The position numbers and the translations under genes are program-made. Shown here in pieces: positions 44,024-54,144 of a stretch of DNA of 64,000 nt (positions within the stretch are counted from its first letter, which is position 1; every line of letters starts with the position of its first letter). The stretch is from Opitutus sp. GAS368 (GTDB lineage Bacteria; Verrucomicrobiota; Verrucomicrobiia; Opitutales; Opitutaceae), in contig CAMAVZ010000002.1 of the NCBI GenBank assembly GCA_945861645.1, forward strand, positions 1 to 64,000, given 5' to 3'. The notes under the pieces are model-generated. The model worked only from the letters and a program-made list of their open reading frames with translations, was not told the origin of the DNA and made no database searches.

Positions 44024-45709
44024 TTAGCGCGTTAATTTACGGTACTTGATCCGATGCGGCTGATCGGCATCGCGGCCCTTTCGCTTCTTAAAATCCTCGA
44101 GGTAACTGGTATAGTTGCCCGCGAACCAATGCACGTGGCTATCGCCCTCAAAGGCCATGATATGGGTCGCGACTCGGTCGAGAAACCAGCGATCGTGGGA
44201 GATAATAACTGCGCAACCGGCAAAAGTTTCCAGCGCTTCCTCCAATGCGCGAATGGAATTCACATCGAGGTCATTGGTGGGCTCGTCGAGCAGCAGTAGA
44301 TTAGCTTCACTCTTAAGGACGCGGGCCAACAAAACTCGATTGCGCTCGCCCCCAGAAAGCACGCCAACTTTCTTTTGTTGATCCGCTCCGGTGAAGCCAA
44401 ATTGCGCGCAATAGGCGCGACTATTTACACCGCGCGAGCCAAGCGTCATGATTTCTTGGCCGTCGCTGATCACTTCCCAAATCGTCTTGTTACCCTCCAG
44501 CGAATCGCGCGATTGCGCGACGTAGGCAGTTTTTACCGTTTCCCCCACGCGAAAGGCGCCCGCATCGGGCTGTTCTAAATTAGTAATCAATTTAAATAAC
44601 GTCGTCTTGCCGGCACCGTTCGGGCCGATAATGCCGACGATCCCCCCAGGCGGCAGCGAAAAATTAAGCCGATCAAAGAGTAAATTATCACCATACCCCT
44701 TGGCTACTTGCTGTGCCTCGACCACGAGCGCGCCTAGCCGAGGGCCGGGCGGAATAATGATCTCAAAAAGTTTTTCCTGCTCAGCCACATCCGCATTGAG
44801 CATCTGCTCATAAGCGTTGATGCGGGCTTGGCCCTTAGATTGGCGCGCCCGGGCTCCTTGCCTAATCCAAGCCAACTCACGCGCCATGGCCTTCTGCCGC
44901 TTGCTCTCGGTGCGTTCCGCCACCACCGCCATCGCCTGCTTTTGCTCCAGCCATGACGAATAATTTCCCTTAAAAGGCAGGCCCGATCCGTGATCAAGCT
45001 CCAGAATCCAACCGGCGACATTATCCAGAAAATAGCGATCATGCGTGACCGCGATGACGGTGCCTTCGTAACGACTCAAATGCTGCTCGAGCCAATTAAC
45101 CGAATCGGCATCGAGGTGATTAGTCGGTTCGTCCAGCAGCAAGATCGAGGGTTTTTGTAACAGTAAACGGGCCAGCGCAACACGCCGACGCTCACCACCG
45201 GAGAGATGATCAACCATCGCCGCCGCTGAGGGACAGCGTAGCGCGTCCATCGCCTGCTCAATGAGGGGCGCGACATCCCAGGCGCCGAGGTGGTCAATCT
45301 TCTCCTGCAGCTTCGCTTGTTTTTCAGAAATAGCATCCTTGGCCGCATCGTCTTCCGCCGCGGAGAGTTCATCCCAACTCGCATCATAGGCGGCGGTCAG
45401 ATCCGTGAGGTGTTTGACGCCCTCCTCAACGCAGGCTCGCACCGTAGACCCTGGGGTGAGCGCTGGCTCCTGTTGCAAAAAGCCAACCGTGTAGCCCGGC
45501 TCAAAGTGCACGCGACCTTCAATGTCGGTATCAATCCCCGCGAGAATCCGCATCAACGAAGATTTGCCGGAACCGTTCAGACCGAGCACGCCGATCTTGG
45601 CGCCGTAATAAAAAGAGAGCGAGATGTCGCGGAGGATTTCCTTGCGCTCGATTTTTTTCGAGACGCCAAGCATCGAGAAGATAATCTTGGGGGCTTCCGG
45701 AGTGGCCAT
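44024..45709 (-). CDS. ettA: ABC-F translational throttle EttA
   Basis: SFYYGAKIGVLGLNGSGKS, LSGGERRRVAL, second GPNGAGKT, PHRIKYRKL C-terminus; ATG 45709. Confidence 0.94.
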   Translation of the reverse strand: MATPEAPKIIFSMLGVSKKIERKEILRDISLSFYYGAKIGVLGLNGSGKSSLMRILAGIDTDIEGRVHFEPGYTVGFLQQEPALTPGSTVRACVEEGVKHLTDLTAAYDASWDELSAAEDDAAKDAISEKQAKLQEKIDHLGAWDVAPLIEQAMDALRCPSAAAMVDHLSGGERRRVALARLLLQKPSILLLDEPTNHLDADSVNWLEQHLSRYEGTVIAVTHDRYFLDNVAGWILELDHGSGLPFKGNYSSWLEQKQAMAVVAERTESKRQKAMARELAWIRQGARARQSKGQARINAYEQMLNADVAEQEKLFEIIIPPGPRLGALVVEAQQVAKGYGDNLLFDRLNFSLPPGGIVGIIGPNGAGKTTLFKLITNLEQPDAGAFRVGETVKTAYVAQSRDSLEGNKTIWEVISDGQEIMTLGSRGVNSRAYCAQFGFTGADQQKKVGVLSGGERNRVLLARVLKSEANLLLLDEPTNDLDVNSIRALEEALETFAGCAVIISHDRWFLDRVATHIMAFEGDSHVHWFAGNYTSYLEDFKKRKGRDADQPHRIKYRKLTR

Positions 45710-45848
45710 GGAAAGAAAAGCTGGGCGTTGATCGCCAAGAGTCGAGCGCAAGAAAAAATCAGCTAAAAGCCCCCGCGACTATGGTCCAGCCCTCGCCCCA
45801 ACTGGCCGCGGAGCGGTCCGGCACCGCGGCGGCAGTCACCCCATTTGC

Positions 45849-47207
45849 TCAGACCTCATAAAGGTGCAGCGGCACCGGATCGATAATTTTGGCTTTGGGC
45901 AATTGCTCGGCCAGTTGGGACTTGAACCAATCGCGGGCATCGGGATCCCCATGCGTCAGCACCACGCACCGCGCTTTGGTTTGCACGGCAAATTCCAAGA
46001 GCTCGCCCCGCTCCGCATGGCCGCTCAACTCAAAGCGCTCCACGCGAGCCTTAACCTTTGTCTTAACATCGAGGGCCGAAAACAAGAAATTGGCCCCCGG
46101 CTTGGTGGCCAATAATTTTCCGCCCGGCGTGTCCGGATCACAATAACCGACAAAGCCAATCGTGTTATGGGCGTGACCCAACAAGCCCGAAGCGAGCGCA
46201 TAACTTGGCGTGCGCTCCACCAACATACCGGAGCTAACAATATAAAGCCCCTTTTGGTGTGGCTCTTGGCCCGGGGTAATTTTGCGCGGCAACTTACCCA
46301 GTTTGAGGTCCTTCAAAATTCGCCGATCAAATTGCACGTCTTTCGTTTTCCGCGATACTTCATCAAATAATTCGGAGAGCCCGATGCCGAGGCCGCCCGC
46401 AAACATCGGGCAATCTATCAACCGACCGAAGCGGCGCGCATCGTGAAAGACGGCGAGCAATTCTTGCATCCGGCCCAGCGCAAAGACGGGCAACAAAAAG
46501 GAACCGCCGTTTGCAATCGTATCGTTAATGGAGTCGATCAGCCGCGCGATTTCATGCACGCGCTCCTTGCCGTAAGCGCGCTCCGTCATGCCGCGCGTGG
46601 TCTCGATGATCAGAGTATCAAAATGGCCAATCGGGAAGTGCGCCCCCTTCAGTGTGCGGAGATGCTCGAACAATACATCGCCGGTCAGGAATATTTTCCG
46701 CAACCCGTGATGGATTTCGACCGCCGTGGCTCCCGCCACATGACCCGATGGGTGAAACATGAGCTCGATCTCGGTGCGCTTGCCTTTGATTTTTTTGATC
46801 TTCTTGAAATCAAGTCCGTTAAAACGATGCACGAGGCCCTCAATTTCTTGATGGGTAAAAAGCGGGTAGCCGGGGATATTATTCTCCTCTTTTTGCTTCT
46901 GCATCACGTTCGCCGAATTATGCAGCATCTTTTCAATCAACAGGCGACTCGACTGCGTCAGGAGCACGGGGGTCTTGGGGTGTTGGCGCATCACGACGGG
47001 GAGACCACCAATATGATCCAAATGACAATGCGTGATGATGATCAGGTCGAGATGGACGTCGCGCAGTAATTTTAGATCGGGTAAGGCGCCGAGCCCAGGC
47101 GTCTTAGGATTTAGTCCGCAGTCGACTAAAATATTCAAATCGCCGATCTGCAAAAGCAGTGAGTTGGCGCCAATACCGCCTTGGCGGTTGAGATCGGTGA
47201 GTTTCAT
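45849..47207 (-). CDS. Metallo-beta-lactamase/beta-CASP family ribonuclease
   Basis: THCHLDH, GHVAG, TGD, PVFALGRMQE, SSGML, GYCDPDTPG, SGHA, LTHGD; ATG 47207. Confidence 0.9.
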   Translation of the reverse strand: MKLTDLNRQGGIGANSLLLQIGDLNILVDCGLNPKTPGLGALPDLKLLRDVHLDLIIITHCHLDHIGGLPVVMRQHPKTPVLLTQSSRLLIEKMLHNSANVMQKQKEENNIPGYPLFTHQEIEGLVHRFNGLDFKKIKKIKGKRTEIELMFHPSGHVAGATAVEIHHGLRKIFLTGDVLFEHLRTLKGAHFPIGHFDTLIIETTRGMTERAYGKERVHEIARLIDSINDTIANGGSFLLPVFALGRMQELLAVFHDARRFGRLIDCPMFAGGLGIGLSELFDEVSRKTKDVQFDRRILKDLKLGKLPRKITPGQEPHQKGLYIVSSGMLVERTPSYALASGLLGHAHNTIGFVGYCDPDTPGGKLLATKPGANFLFSALDVKTKVKARVERFELSGHAERGELLEFAVQTKARCVVLTHGDPDARDWFKSQLAEQLPKAKIIDPVPLHLYEV

Positions 47208-47300
47208 GAGATGGAACCCGCCATGGAGAGGCGCCAACTCCCCGCAAGCAAGCCCCCAGTTTTTATGTAAAAAGCTAAAGCGCTGAGGGGGCTGAGCAGG

Positions 47301-48515
47301 CTAGGCCAACGCCGGATTCACTGGGCGGGCGTTACGGGGCAACGCCATCGAGATGCAGCCGGCCGCCAGGACAAAGCTGCAGGCCCCCCACAAGCAGCCG
47401 AATATTCCTGCCCACTGATATAATACGCCAGAAAGGAGGCAGCCCACGAGTCGGCCGCCAGCATTGGCCATATAATAAAAACCCACGTTGAGGGCCACTT
47501 TATCGCCATCAGTGTAATCGAGAATCAGATAGGAATGCACGGCAGAGTTAAGAGCGAAAATCACTCCAAAAATTGATAGCCCACTGACAACCACCCAACC
47601 AGCCGGTGCGCCGAGAGTCAAAGCGAGGGGCACTCCTGCCGATACTGCCGCGAGCATAAAGGCCAAAACTAAAGCCGCGCCTCCCGCTGGGGCCCGCCCT
47701 CGCCAAAAAACCGGTGAGGCACCCTGCACCAAGCCATAGCCGATAACCCAAAAGGCCATGAAGGTGCCGACCTCGGTAAAACTCCACCCCAGCACACTGC
47801 GCAGAAAAACGGGCACGCCGACGACGAACCAAATGTCGCGCGCTCCGAAAAGAAAAAATCGCGCCGCGCAGAGCAGGTTAATTTCGTGACTTTTTGCCAA
47901 CAGCTCTTTAAAGCCCGCTCTGACTTTCGCCTTACCTAGTTCTGCTGGCAGCGAAACCCACGCGCCAATCCACACCAGGGCCAGTGCGCCAGCCATGATT
48001 TCCAGGGCCCCAGCAAATCCGGCCAGGGTGAGCAGAAACCCGCCGAGGAAAAACCCCACGCCTTTCAGGGCATTTTTCGAACCCGTCAGCAAGGCCACCC
48101 AGCGAAAGAGCATACCCTGAGCCCCGACCGGAACCAGCAGCTTGATTGCGCTCTTGGAACTCATCTTGGTCAAATCCTTCGCGATGCCTGACAGGGCCTG
48201 CGTTGCCATTACGTAGGCGACCGACCACCCTTCTGGCCAAGCCGGATTCAGCCGCGCGAGCAAGCCTAGCGCTGCCACCTGCAACGCCAAGCCCGCGATC
48301 AGCGTCACGCGCAGCCCAAGCCGACTCGCGAGCCAACCTCCGAACAAATTAGTCAGGATACCGCAAAACTCATAGAGCAGAAACAGCAAGGCTAGCGTCA
48401 CCGGACTATAGCCAAGATGAGAAAAATGCAGCAACACGAGCATGCGCAGCGCCCCATCTGTCAGCGTAAATCCCCAGTAGGCGCCGGTGACAAAAATGTA
48501 ATTACGGATGTTCAT
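47301..48515 (-). CDS. arsJ: Organoarsenical efflux MFS permease ArsJ
   Basis: YWGFTLTDGALRMLVLLHF, SGIAKDLTKMSSKSAIK, LTGSKNALKG, VGFYYMANAGGRL; follows a GAPDH gene. Confidence 0.93.
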   Translation of the reverse strand: MNIRNYIFVTGAYWGFTLTDGALRMLVLLHFSHLGYSPVTLALLFLLYEFCGILTNLFGGWLASRLGLRVTLIAGLALQVAALGLLARLNPAWPEGWSVAYVMATQALSGIAKDLTKMSSKSAIKLLVPVGAQGMLFRWVALLTGSKNALKGVGFFLGGFLLTLAGFAGALEIMAGALALVWIGAWVSLPAELGKAKVRAGFKELLAKSHEINLLCAARFFLFGARDIWFVVGVPVFLRSVLGWSFTEVGTFMAFWVIGYGLVQGASPVFWRGRAPAGGAALVLAFMLAAVSAGVPLALTLGAPAGWVVVSGLSIFGVIFALNSAVHSYLILDYTDGDKVALNVGFYYMANAGGRLVGCLLSGVLYQWAGIFGCLWGACSFVLAAGCISMALPRNARPVNPALA

Positions 48516-48532
48516 GCAGACCAGCGATCAGC

Positions 48533-49561
48533 TTACGCCCCCAGTGATTGCGCGACTTTGCGGGCCAGTTCGGCCATTCGATTAGCATAACCCCACTCGT
48601 TATCATACCATGCGTAAATTTTTACGAGGCGCCGGTTCACCACCATCGTGGACAAAGCATCAATCGTCGCAGAGGCTGGGTTGCCCTTAAAATCAATCGA
48701 GACCAGCGGCCGAGTCTCATAATCAAGGATACCTTTTAGCGGAGCGATTTCGCTGGCGGCTTTAAGCAGGGCATTCACCTCTTCGGCTGTGGTGTCACGC
48801 TTCACTTGAAAAACACAATCGGTGAGCGATCCAGTCAGCAGCGGCACGCGGATAGCGTGCCCGTTGAGCTTGCCCAGCAACTCCGGATAAATAAGACCGA
48901 TGGCGGTCGCGCTACCGGTGGTGGTCGGGATCAGGGAGAGGCCAGCGGCTCGGGCGCGACGCAGATCCTTGTGGGGCGCATCGATGATGGTCTGGGTGTT
49001 GGTCGCATCGTGCACGGTGGTAATTGCCCCATGCTCGATGCCCAAACCTTCGTGGATTACCTTTACAACTGGGGCGAGGCAGTTGGTCGTACACGAGGCG
49101 GCGGTGAGCAGTCGGTGCTTAGCGGAATCGTAGAGGTTGTCGTTAACCCCCATCACGATATTCAAGCTATCCCCGCCTTTAACTGGTGCCGCAACGATCA
49201 CCTTTGAAACACCCCGCTCGAAATAAGGCGCCAGTTGTTCTGGCGTGCGAAACTTGCCGGAGCACTCGAGCACCAGATCAACCCCATAGTCAGACCACGG
49301 CACTTCACCGGGCTTGGGGTGACCCGTGACGCGTATAGGGGTTGGCTCAGTTCCGACGCGAAAGGCGGCCCCCTCGGCCGTCGCAACGTGAGCCCAGCGC
49401 CCCTGCACGGAGTCAAAATTCAGCAAATGAGCGCACGTGGCGGCATCAGCCTTAGGGTCATTGACCAGCACCCATTCAAATTCCGGCCAATGGGCGGCCG
49501 CGCGAAAAACTAGCCGACCGATACGACCAAATCCGTTAATCCCTATTCGCATTTTTTTCAT
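48533..49561 (-). CDS. ArsJ-associated glyceraldehyde-3-phosphate dehydrogenase
   Basis: [36 protein letters not shown]; between arsR and arsJ. Confidence 0.93.
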   Translation of the reverse strand: MKKMRIGINGFGRIGRLVFRAAAHWPEFEWVLVNDPKADAATCAHLLNFDSVQGRWAHVATAEGAAFRVGTEPTPIRVTGHPKPGEVPWSDYGVDLVLECSGKFRTPEQLAPYFERGVSKVIVAAPVKGGDSLNIVMGVNDNLYDSAKHRLLTAASCTTNCLAPVVKVIHEGLGIEHGAITTVHDATNTQTIIDAPHKDLRRARAAGLSLIPTTTGSATAIGLIYPELLGKLNGHAIRVPLLTGSLTDCVFQVKRDTTAEEVNALLKAASEIAPLKGILDYETRPLVSIDFKGNPASATIDALSTMVVNRRLVKIYAWYDNEWGYANRMAELARKVAQSLGA

Positions 49562-49568
49562 AGATTAA

Positions 49569-49988
49569 TCAACCACAGCCACTGCGGCGACCCAGGACGG
49601 AGCCAGTCGCCCCGCCCCCTAACCGAACGGGCCCGCAACCGCCCAGCCCCCGCGCGACTAAAAATGGCGCCAATTTTGTGAGCCGTGCCCGGTCGCGCAT
49701 AAACAACGGGACGTCGTCCACGCATTTTTCAAGACAGGCTAAGTTGACCTGGAAAGTAGGCGAAGGCTTGGCGGGTAGCATGTAGATCACCCAGTTGCCT
49801 TGGCGCCGACATTGCACTAAACCGCGGGCCCGCAGATAAGCTAAATGCTTGGAGATCTTTACCTGCGGCTCCCCTAGAATTGTTTGAAAATGACAAACAC
49901 AGAGCGGTCCAGGCATCAGCAAATGCAACACCCGCAAGCGCGTTAAATCCTGCAGGCTTTGGTAAATTTTTACTAATTCCACCCCCAA
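49569..49988 (-). CDS. arsR: ArsR/SmtB family repressor
   Basis: DLTRLRVL, GPLCVCH (CxC metalloid site), SKHLAYLR..GLV..RRQGNW; start TTG 49988 or GTG 49982. Confidence 0.88.
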   Translation of the reverse strand: MGVELVKIYQSLQDLTRLRVLHLLMPGPLCVCHFQTILGEPQVKISKHLAYLRARGLVQCRRQGNWVIYMLPAKPSPTFQVNLACLEKCVDDVPLFMRDRARLTKLAPFLVARGLGGCGPVRLGGGATGSVLGRRSGCG

Positions 49989-49989
49989 T

Positions 49990-50013
49990 CTATATTCTCA
50001 TACAAGAATATAG
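49990..50013. promoter_or_regulatory. Probable ArsR operator
   Basis: Perfect inverted repeat CTATATTCT-6 nt-AGAATATAG immediately upstream of arsR, just inside a TTGAGC -35-like hexamer. Confidence 0.75.
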
Positions 50014-50082
50014 CTCAAGTCAGAATATCGGGCGTTACCGCAATGTAACTTCCAGCTTTTCACTTAAACCCCAACCACCACC

Positions 50083-50454
50083 TCAGATGTGCTTAGAATC
50101 GGCTTCGTCTTTTTTGACGTAACCACTTTCCTGCCGTTGGTGATTAACGGCATTTTTCTTAAGATATGCTTGGTAAACATCGTCCGGCGTCATGCCGAGG
50201 GTCTGCGCCAGCGACACCAGAAAGTGGAAAAGATCGACGACTTCTACCTTAGCGTTCTGCTCGTCAAATTTCTGATACTTCGCCCACCACTTCCAAGGCA
50301 CACTATCAATCAGCTCGGCCGTTTCTTGCTGCATGGCACGAGTGTAATTGAGGATCCACTTCGCCTTTTCTTCGTCAGTGGGCGGGGGTAAATTCACTCC
50401 AATGCGCTTATTAAGCGCATCTTGCATACGAAAAATTTCCTCGAGTTTGTCCAT
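50083..50454 (-). CDS. Dimeric all-alpha dUTPase / NTP pyrophosphatase
   Basis: QETAELIDSVPWKWW, KVEVVDLFHF, KNAVNHQRQESGY; ATG 50454. Confidence 0.88.
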   Translation of the reverse strand: MDKLEEIFRMQDALNKRIGVNLPPPTDEEKAKWILNYTRAMQQETAELIDSVPWKWWAKYQKFDEQNAKVEVVDLFHFLVSLAQTLGMTPDDVYQAYLKKNAVNHQRQESGYVKKDEADSKHI

Positions 50455-50645
50455 GATGACTAACTTGAGCGCCACTTCCCCCTCTGGCAAGCCCGTCGCC
50501 CAGGAAAAATTAAGTTGCCCTGCTAGGGTGTATCCGCGACATTAACTAGCTATTGCCGCTGTTGAGCGAGATTTTCGAGCTCCAGCTGGCATCAACAACC
50601 CTGCGCCGCCACTCTTGGCAGGCGCTTACAACCAACAACATAGAC

Positions 50646-51581
50646 ATGTCATCCACAGAATCGTCCAATGCTCCGGCCGAAGCATCTGCGACCACCCCGG
50701 CGTCAAACGCCGAGTCCTCCTTCGGCTCCACGCGCGGCTCTGGCCTAGCCCGCGGGAAAGCTAAGCGTTCGAGTGCCCCTGCTGCCGCTACCGCGGCGTC
50801 TGCCGCGTACACCCCGACCGCAATTGCGGTCGTGACCGCTCCGCGTGAATACCAAAATCCGTTCGCCCCGGTGGAAACACCCGTGGCTGTAACTGAGTCC
50901 GCTGCCCCTGTCGCCCCCGCGCCAGTTGCTGCTGCTCCCGTTGCCCCTGTCAAAGCCCCTGCCGCGGTTATTGCCGCCCCCGTCCAAGTCGCCAACGAAG
51001 AGCCTGCGGAATTAAATATTCTCGAGCCCGAACAGCAGAAAACCGCGCCGGCCCAAACTTGGGAAAGCGAGGGATTCCGACCTGCCCGTGAGTCGCGCAA
51101 TGATCGTCCTCGGCGGGAAGAAGCCCGCCGCGAAGAACCTCGGCGCGCCGCAAGCCCCGCCCAAGAGCCGTTTGATCCAGCCTCGATTCCCGAGAAATTC
51201 ATCTACGTGCGTCCCGGCTACAATTATGTGCCCACACCGTCTAACTTCGGTGGGGCCCCACGCGAGAATCGCTCGACTCGTCCCGCCGCGCCGGATGCTT
51301 CCACAGCTCCACGCAGCCCCGCGCCGGCCCCATCGCGGGGATTTTTCAGCTGGCTGAAATCTCTCTTCACGAGTTCCTCCAGCACCTCGGCTTCTGCCGC
51401 GGCGCCATCAGGGGATCGCGCCTACAACCGCAACCGCGGTGATCGCGGGCGCAGTTCCCATGGTGGCAGCGGTGGTGGTGATGGCCAACGCCGCCGCAGT
51501 CGCGGGGGTCGCGGTCGGAGCCAATCCCGCGGTGACTATCGTGGCGGTGGCGACCAAGGCTCGAGTCAGGGCGGCATCTAA
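50646..51581 (+). CDS. Hypothetical intrinsically disordered protein (Ala/Pro-rich, amphipathic helix, RG-rich tail)
   Basis: Open frame from ATG 50646; upstream TTGCCC-17 nt-GACATT promoter-like site; own terminator downstream. Confidence 0.75.
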   Translation: MSSTESSNAPAEASATTPASNAESSFGSTRGSGLARGKAKRSSAPAAATAASAAYTPTAIAVVTAPREYQNPFAPVETPVAVTESAAPVAPAPVAAAPVAPVKAPAAVIAAPVQVANEEPAELNILEPEQQKTAPAQTWESEGFRPARESRNDRPRREEARREEPRRAASPAQEPFDPASIPEKFIYVRPGYNYVPTPSNFGGAPRENRSTRPAAPDASTAPRSPAPAPSRGFFSWLKSLFTSSSSTSASAAAPSGDRAYNRNRGDRGRSSHGGSGGGDGQRRRSRGGRGRSQSRGDYRGGGDQGSSQGGI

Positions 51582-51624
51582 AGCCACTTAACTCTTGCCA
51601 ACGCGCCCCGCGCGAATCGCATTC

Positions 51625-51655
51625 AAAGCGTCTGCCTTACGGTAGACGCTTTTTT
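51625..51655 (+). terminator. Intrinsic terminator
   Basis: AAAGCGTCTGCC-TTAC-GGTAGACGCTTTTTT. Confidence 0.85.
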
Positions 51656-51708
51656 ATTGTCGCTGACCGCAGCGCGTCACGTTCAACTCGCAATTCTACT
51701 CTCACCCG

Positions 51709-52998
51709 ATGGCTGATCTCATCATTCACGGCGGCAAACCCCTAAGCGGCACGATCACGCCCTCAGGCAATAAGAACTCTATCTTGCCGATTCTCTGTGC
51801 GTCCCTGCTCACCGACGCCAAACTCACGCTGCGGCACGTCCCGTTTATTACGGATGTCGAGAAGCTCGTGAATTTCTTCACGGAACAAGGCTCATGCATT
51901 GTGTGGAATCGCGCCGCTGGCTCAATGAGCATCGATCACTCGACCTTCGATGCTCGCCGCCTCAATGGCGAATTGCCCGCCGGGATGCGCTCTGCCGTGC
52001 TTCTCTTCGCGCCCCTGTTGCAGCGCATGAAGAAAATCACGCTGCCTACCAACGCCAAGGGTTGCTCGCTCGGCATTCGTGAACTGGACCCGCACTTGGA
52101 GATTTTCGAAAAACTAGGGGCCAAGATTTCTCATCAGCGTAAATTAACCATGGCCCTGCGCGGTCGTTTTCGCGCCGGCCGCCACTGGCCTGATTACATG
52201 TCGGTGACGGCGACGGAAAACTTCGTCATGGCCGCGGTGCTGGCGGAGGGTGAATCGGTGCTGCTCAATGCAGCGAGCGAACCTCATGTCCAAGACCTCT
52301 GCGCTGCCCTCGTCACGATGGGGGCAAAGATCACGGGCCTCGGTACCAGCCAACTCACGGTGTCGGGGGTTAAGCAGCTTAAGGGCGGCACGATCACGAT
52401 CAATACCGACCATCATGAGGTCGTCACATTTCTTGCGCTCGGCGCCATCACTGGCGGCGAAGTCCGCGTTAAAAATTCCCTCCCCCACCACTTTGACCTG
52501 ATCAATCGTTCGTTCGCCAAGTTGGGCGTCAAAATCGACTACGAGGGCGACACCGCTATCGTCCGCCGCCGCCAAAAGCTCGTCATCACACAACCCTTCA
52601 CCTCGAACCTACTGCCTAAAATTGAGGCTGCTCCGTGGCCTTACTTTCCGGTTGATCTGCTACCGTGCATGATCGCGCTCGCAGTGCGAGCTGAAGGCAC
52701 CGTGATGTTTTGGAATAAAGTCTACGAAGGTGGCTTCACTTGGATGTCAGAGTTATCTAAATTTGGCGCCCACGTGGTCGTCAGTGATCCGCACCGGATT
52801 ACTGTTTTTGGCGCCCGCCCCCTTCACCCCACGACGGTCGAAGCTCCTTACATCATTCGCGCCGCAGTCGCACTTTACATGGTGGCGGCCAGCATTCCGG
52901 GGAAAAGTGTGGTGAAAAATGCTGATACCATCAAACGCGCCCACCCTCATTTCGTCGAAAACCTGCGGAGCCTCGGCGCAGAGGTTGCATGGAAATAA
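51709..52998 (+). CDS. murA: UDP-N-acetylglucosamine 1-carboxyvinyltransferase
   Basis: SGNKNS.LP, GCSLGIR..DPH with active Cys, SVTATEN, NAASEPHV, PWPYFPVDL. Confidence 0.93.
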   Translation: MADLIIHGGKPLSGTITPSGNKNSILPILCASLLTDAKLTLRHVPFITDVEKLVNFFTEQGSCIVWNRAAGSMSIDHSTFDARRLNGELPAGMRSAVLLFAPLLQRMKKITLPTNAKGCSLGIRELDPHLEIFEKLGAKISHQRKLTMALRGRFRAGRHWPDYMSVTATENFVMAAVLAEGESVLLNAASEPHVQDLCAALVTMGAKITGLGTSQLTVSGVKQLKGGTITINTDHHEVVTFLALGAITGGEVRVKNSLPHHFDLINRSFAKLGVKIDYEGDTAIVRRRQKLVITQPFTSNLLPKIEAAPWPYFPVDLLPCMIALAVRAEGTVMFWNKVYEGGFTWMSELSKFGAHVVVSDPHRITVFGARPLHPTTVEAPYIIRAAVALYMVAASIPGKSVVKNADTIKRAHPHFVENLRSLGAEVAWK

Positions 52999-53070
52999 GT
53001 CTGTTTTTATTCTGAGATCTTAATTTCGCCGAACCCTTCGCTCCGCTCAAAATGCTCATTCTCCTTTCCC

Positions 53071-54144
53071 GTGGCCCAATCTAAAATCGAGTACCAAAAG
53101 CCGAAAGCGGCGACCGCCTCGGTCACTGGTACGGGCTTTTTGACGAGCGCCCTCACCGCGCCGGTCTCACCCGCCGAGGCCGCGCTGCGTCCGCTGTCCT
53201 TCAGTGATTTCGCTGGGCAACCCAAGACCGTGGAACGCCTGCAGGTGATGGTCGGCGCCGCCAAGCGCCGCGGCGAAGCCCTCAATCATATTCTTCTCTC
53301 GGGGCCGCCGGGGCTGGGAAAAACGACGCTGGCTTTCATCCTCGGCCACGAACTCGGCCGCACCGTACGCGTGACCTCTGGGCCGGTCATTGAGAAAGCC
53401 GGCGATCTGGCCGGCCTGCTCACCAACATGGAGGAAGGCGATATTTTGTTTATTGATGAAATTCACCGTATCCCCAAAACGGTGGAAGAGTATCTTTACA
53501 GTGCGATGGAGGATTTCCGGCTCGATATCATGATCGACCAAGGGCCCAACGCCCGCAGCGTGCGCCTTTCCATTCCAAAATTTACTCTCGTCGGAGCCAC
53601 GACCCGTTCGGGCCTGCTCACCGCGCCCCTGCGTTCACGTTTCACCCTGAATACGCGCCTCGATTATTATGACCGCGCCACCCTCGAGGGAATTGTGCTG
53701 CGCAGTTGTGGACTGCTGAAGGTTGCCATCGACGCGGGCGGCGCGCAGGAAATTGCCCGACGCGCCCGCGGGACCCCGCGGATAGCGAATAATCTCGTCA
53801 ACTTTTGCCGCGACTTCGCCTCGGAAAAAGCGGCGGGCAAGATCACGCAAGCCGTAGCCGCCGCCGCCCTTGAACTACTCGAGATTGATGCCGCAGGACT
53901 CGATGAAATGGATAAGCGCATGCTGCGCGTGATGGCAGAAAATTATGCGGGCGGGCCTGTCGGCATGAGCACGATCGCCATCGCGGTAGGCGAAGAGACC
54001 GAAACACTCGAAGAAGTTCATGAGCCATTTCTGATTCAAGAAGGCTACCTCCAGCGCACCGCCCAGGGCCGCCTTTTGACCCCAAAAGGCTACCACGCAG
54101 TAGGCCTGAAAGCCGCGACCGGGGCCCAGCAGTCACTGCTGTAA
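53071..54144 (+). CDS. ruvB: Holliday junction helicase RuvB
   Basis: LRP, GPPGLGKTT, FIDEIHR, GATTR, RGTPR, EPFLIQ.GY.QRT..GR. Confidence 0.98.
   Translation: MAQSKIEYQKPKAATASVTGTGFLTSALTAPVSPAEAALRPLSFSDFAGQPKTVERLQVMVGAAKRRGEALNHILLSGPPGLGKTTLAFILGHELGRTVRVTSGPVIEKAGDLAGLLTNMEEGDILFIDEIHRIPKTVEEYLYSAMEDFRLDIMIDQGPNARSVRLSIPKFTLVGATTRSGLLTAPLRSRFTLNTRLDYYDRATLEGIVLRSCGLLKVAIDAGGAQEIARRARGTPRIANNLVNFCRDFASEKAAGKITQAVAAAALELLEIDAAGLDEMDKRMLRVMAENYAGGPVGMSTIAIAVGEETETLEEVHEPFLIQEGYLQRTAQGRLLTPKGYHAVGLKAATGAQQSLL

Noticed and set aside
48533-49561. Treating this GAPDH as the glycolytic gapA
   Set aside because: Its position between arsR and arsJ indicates the arsenate-detoxification paralogue; no pgk or tpi adjacent
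50546-51202. 218-aa minus-strand ORF opposite the disordered protein
   Set aside because: Antisense reading of GC-rich low-complexity codons; the promoter-like site and terminator support the plus strand
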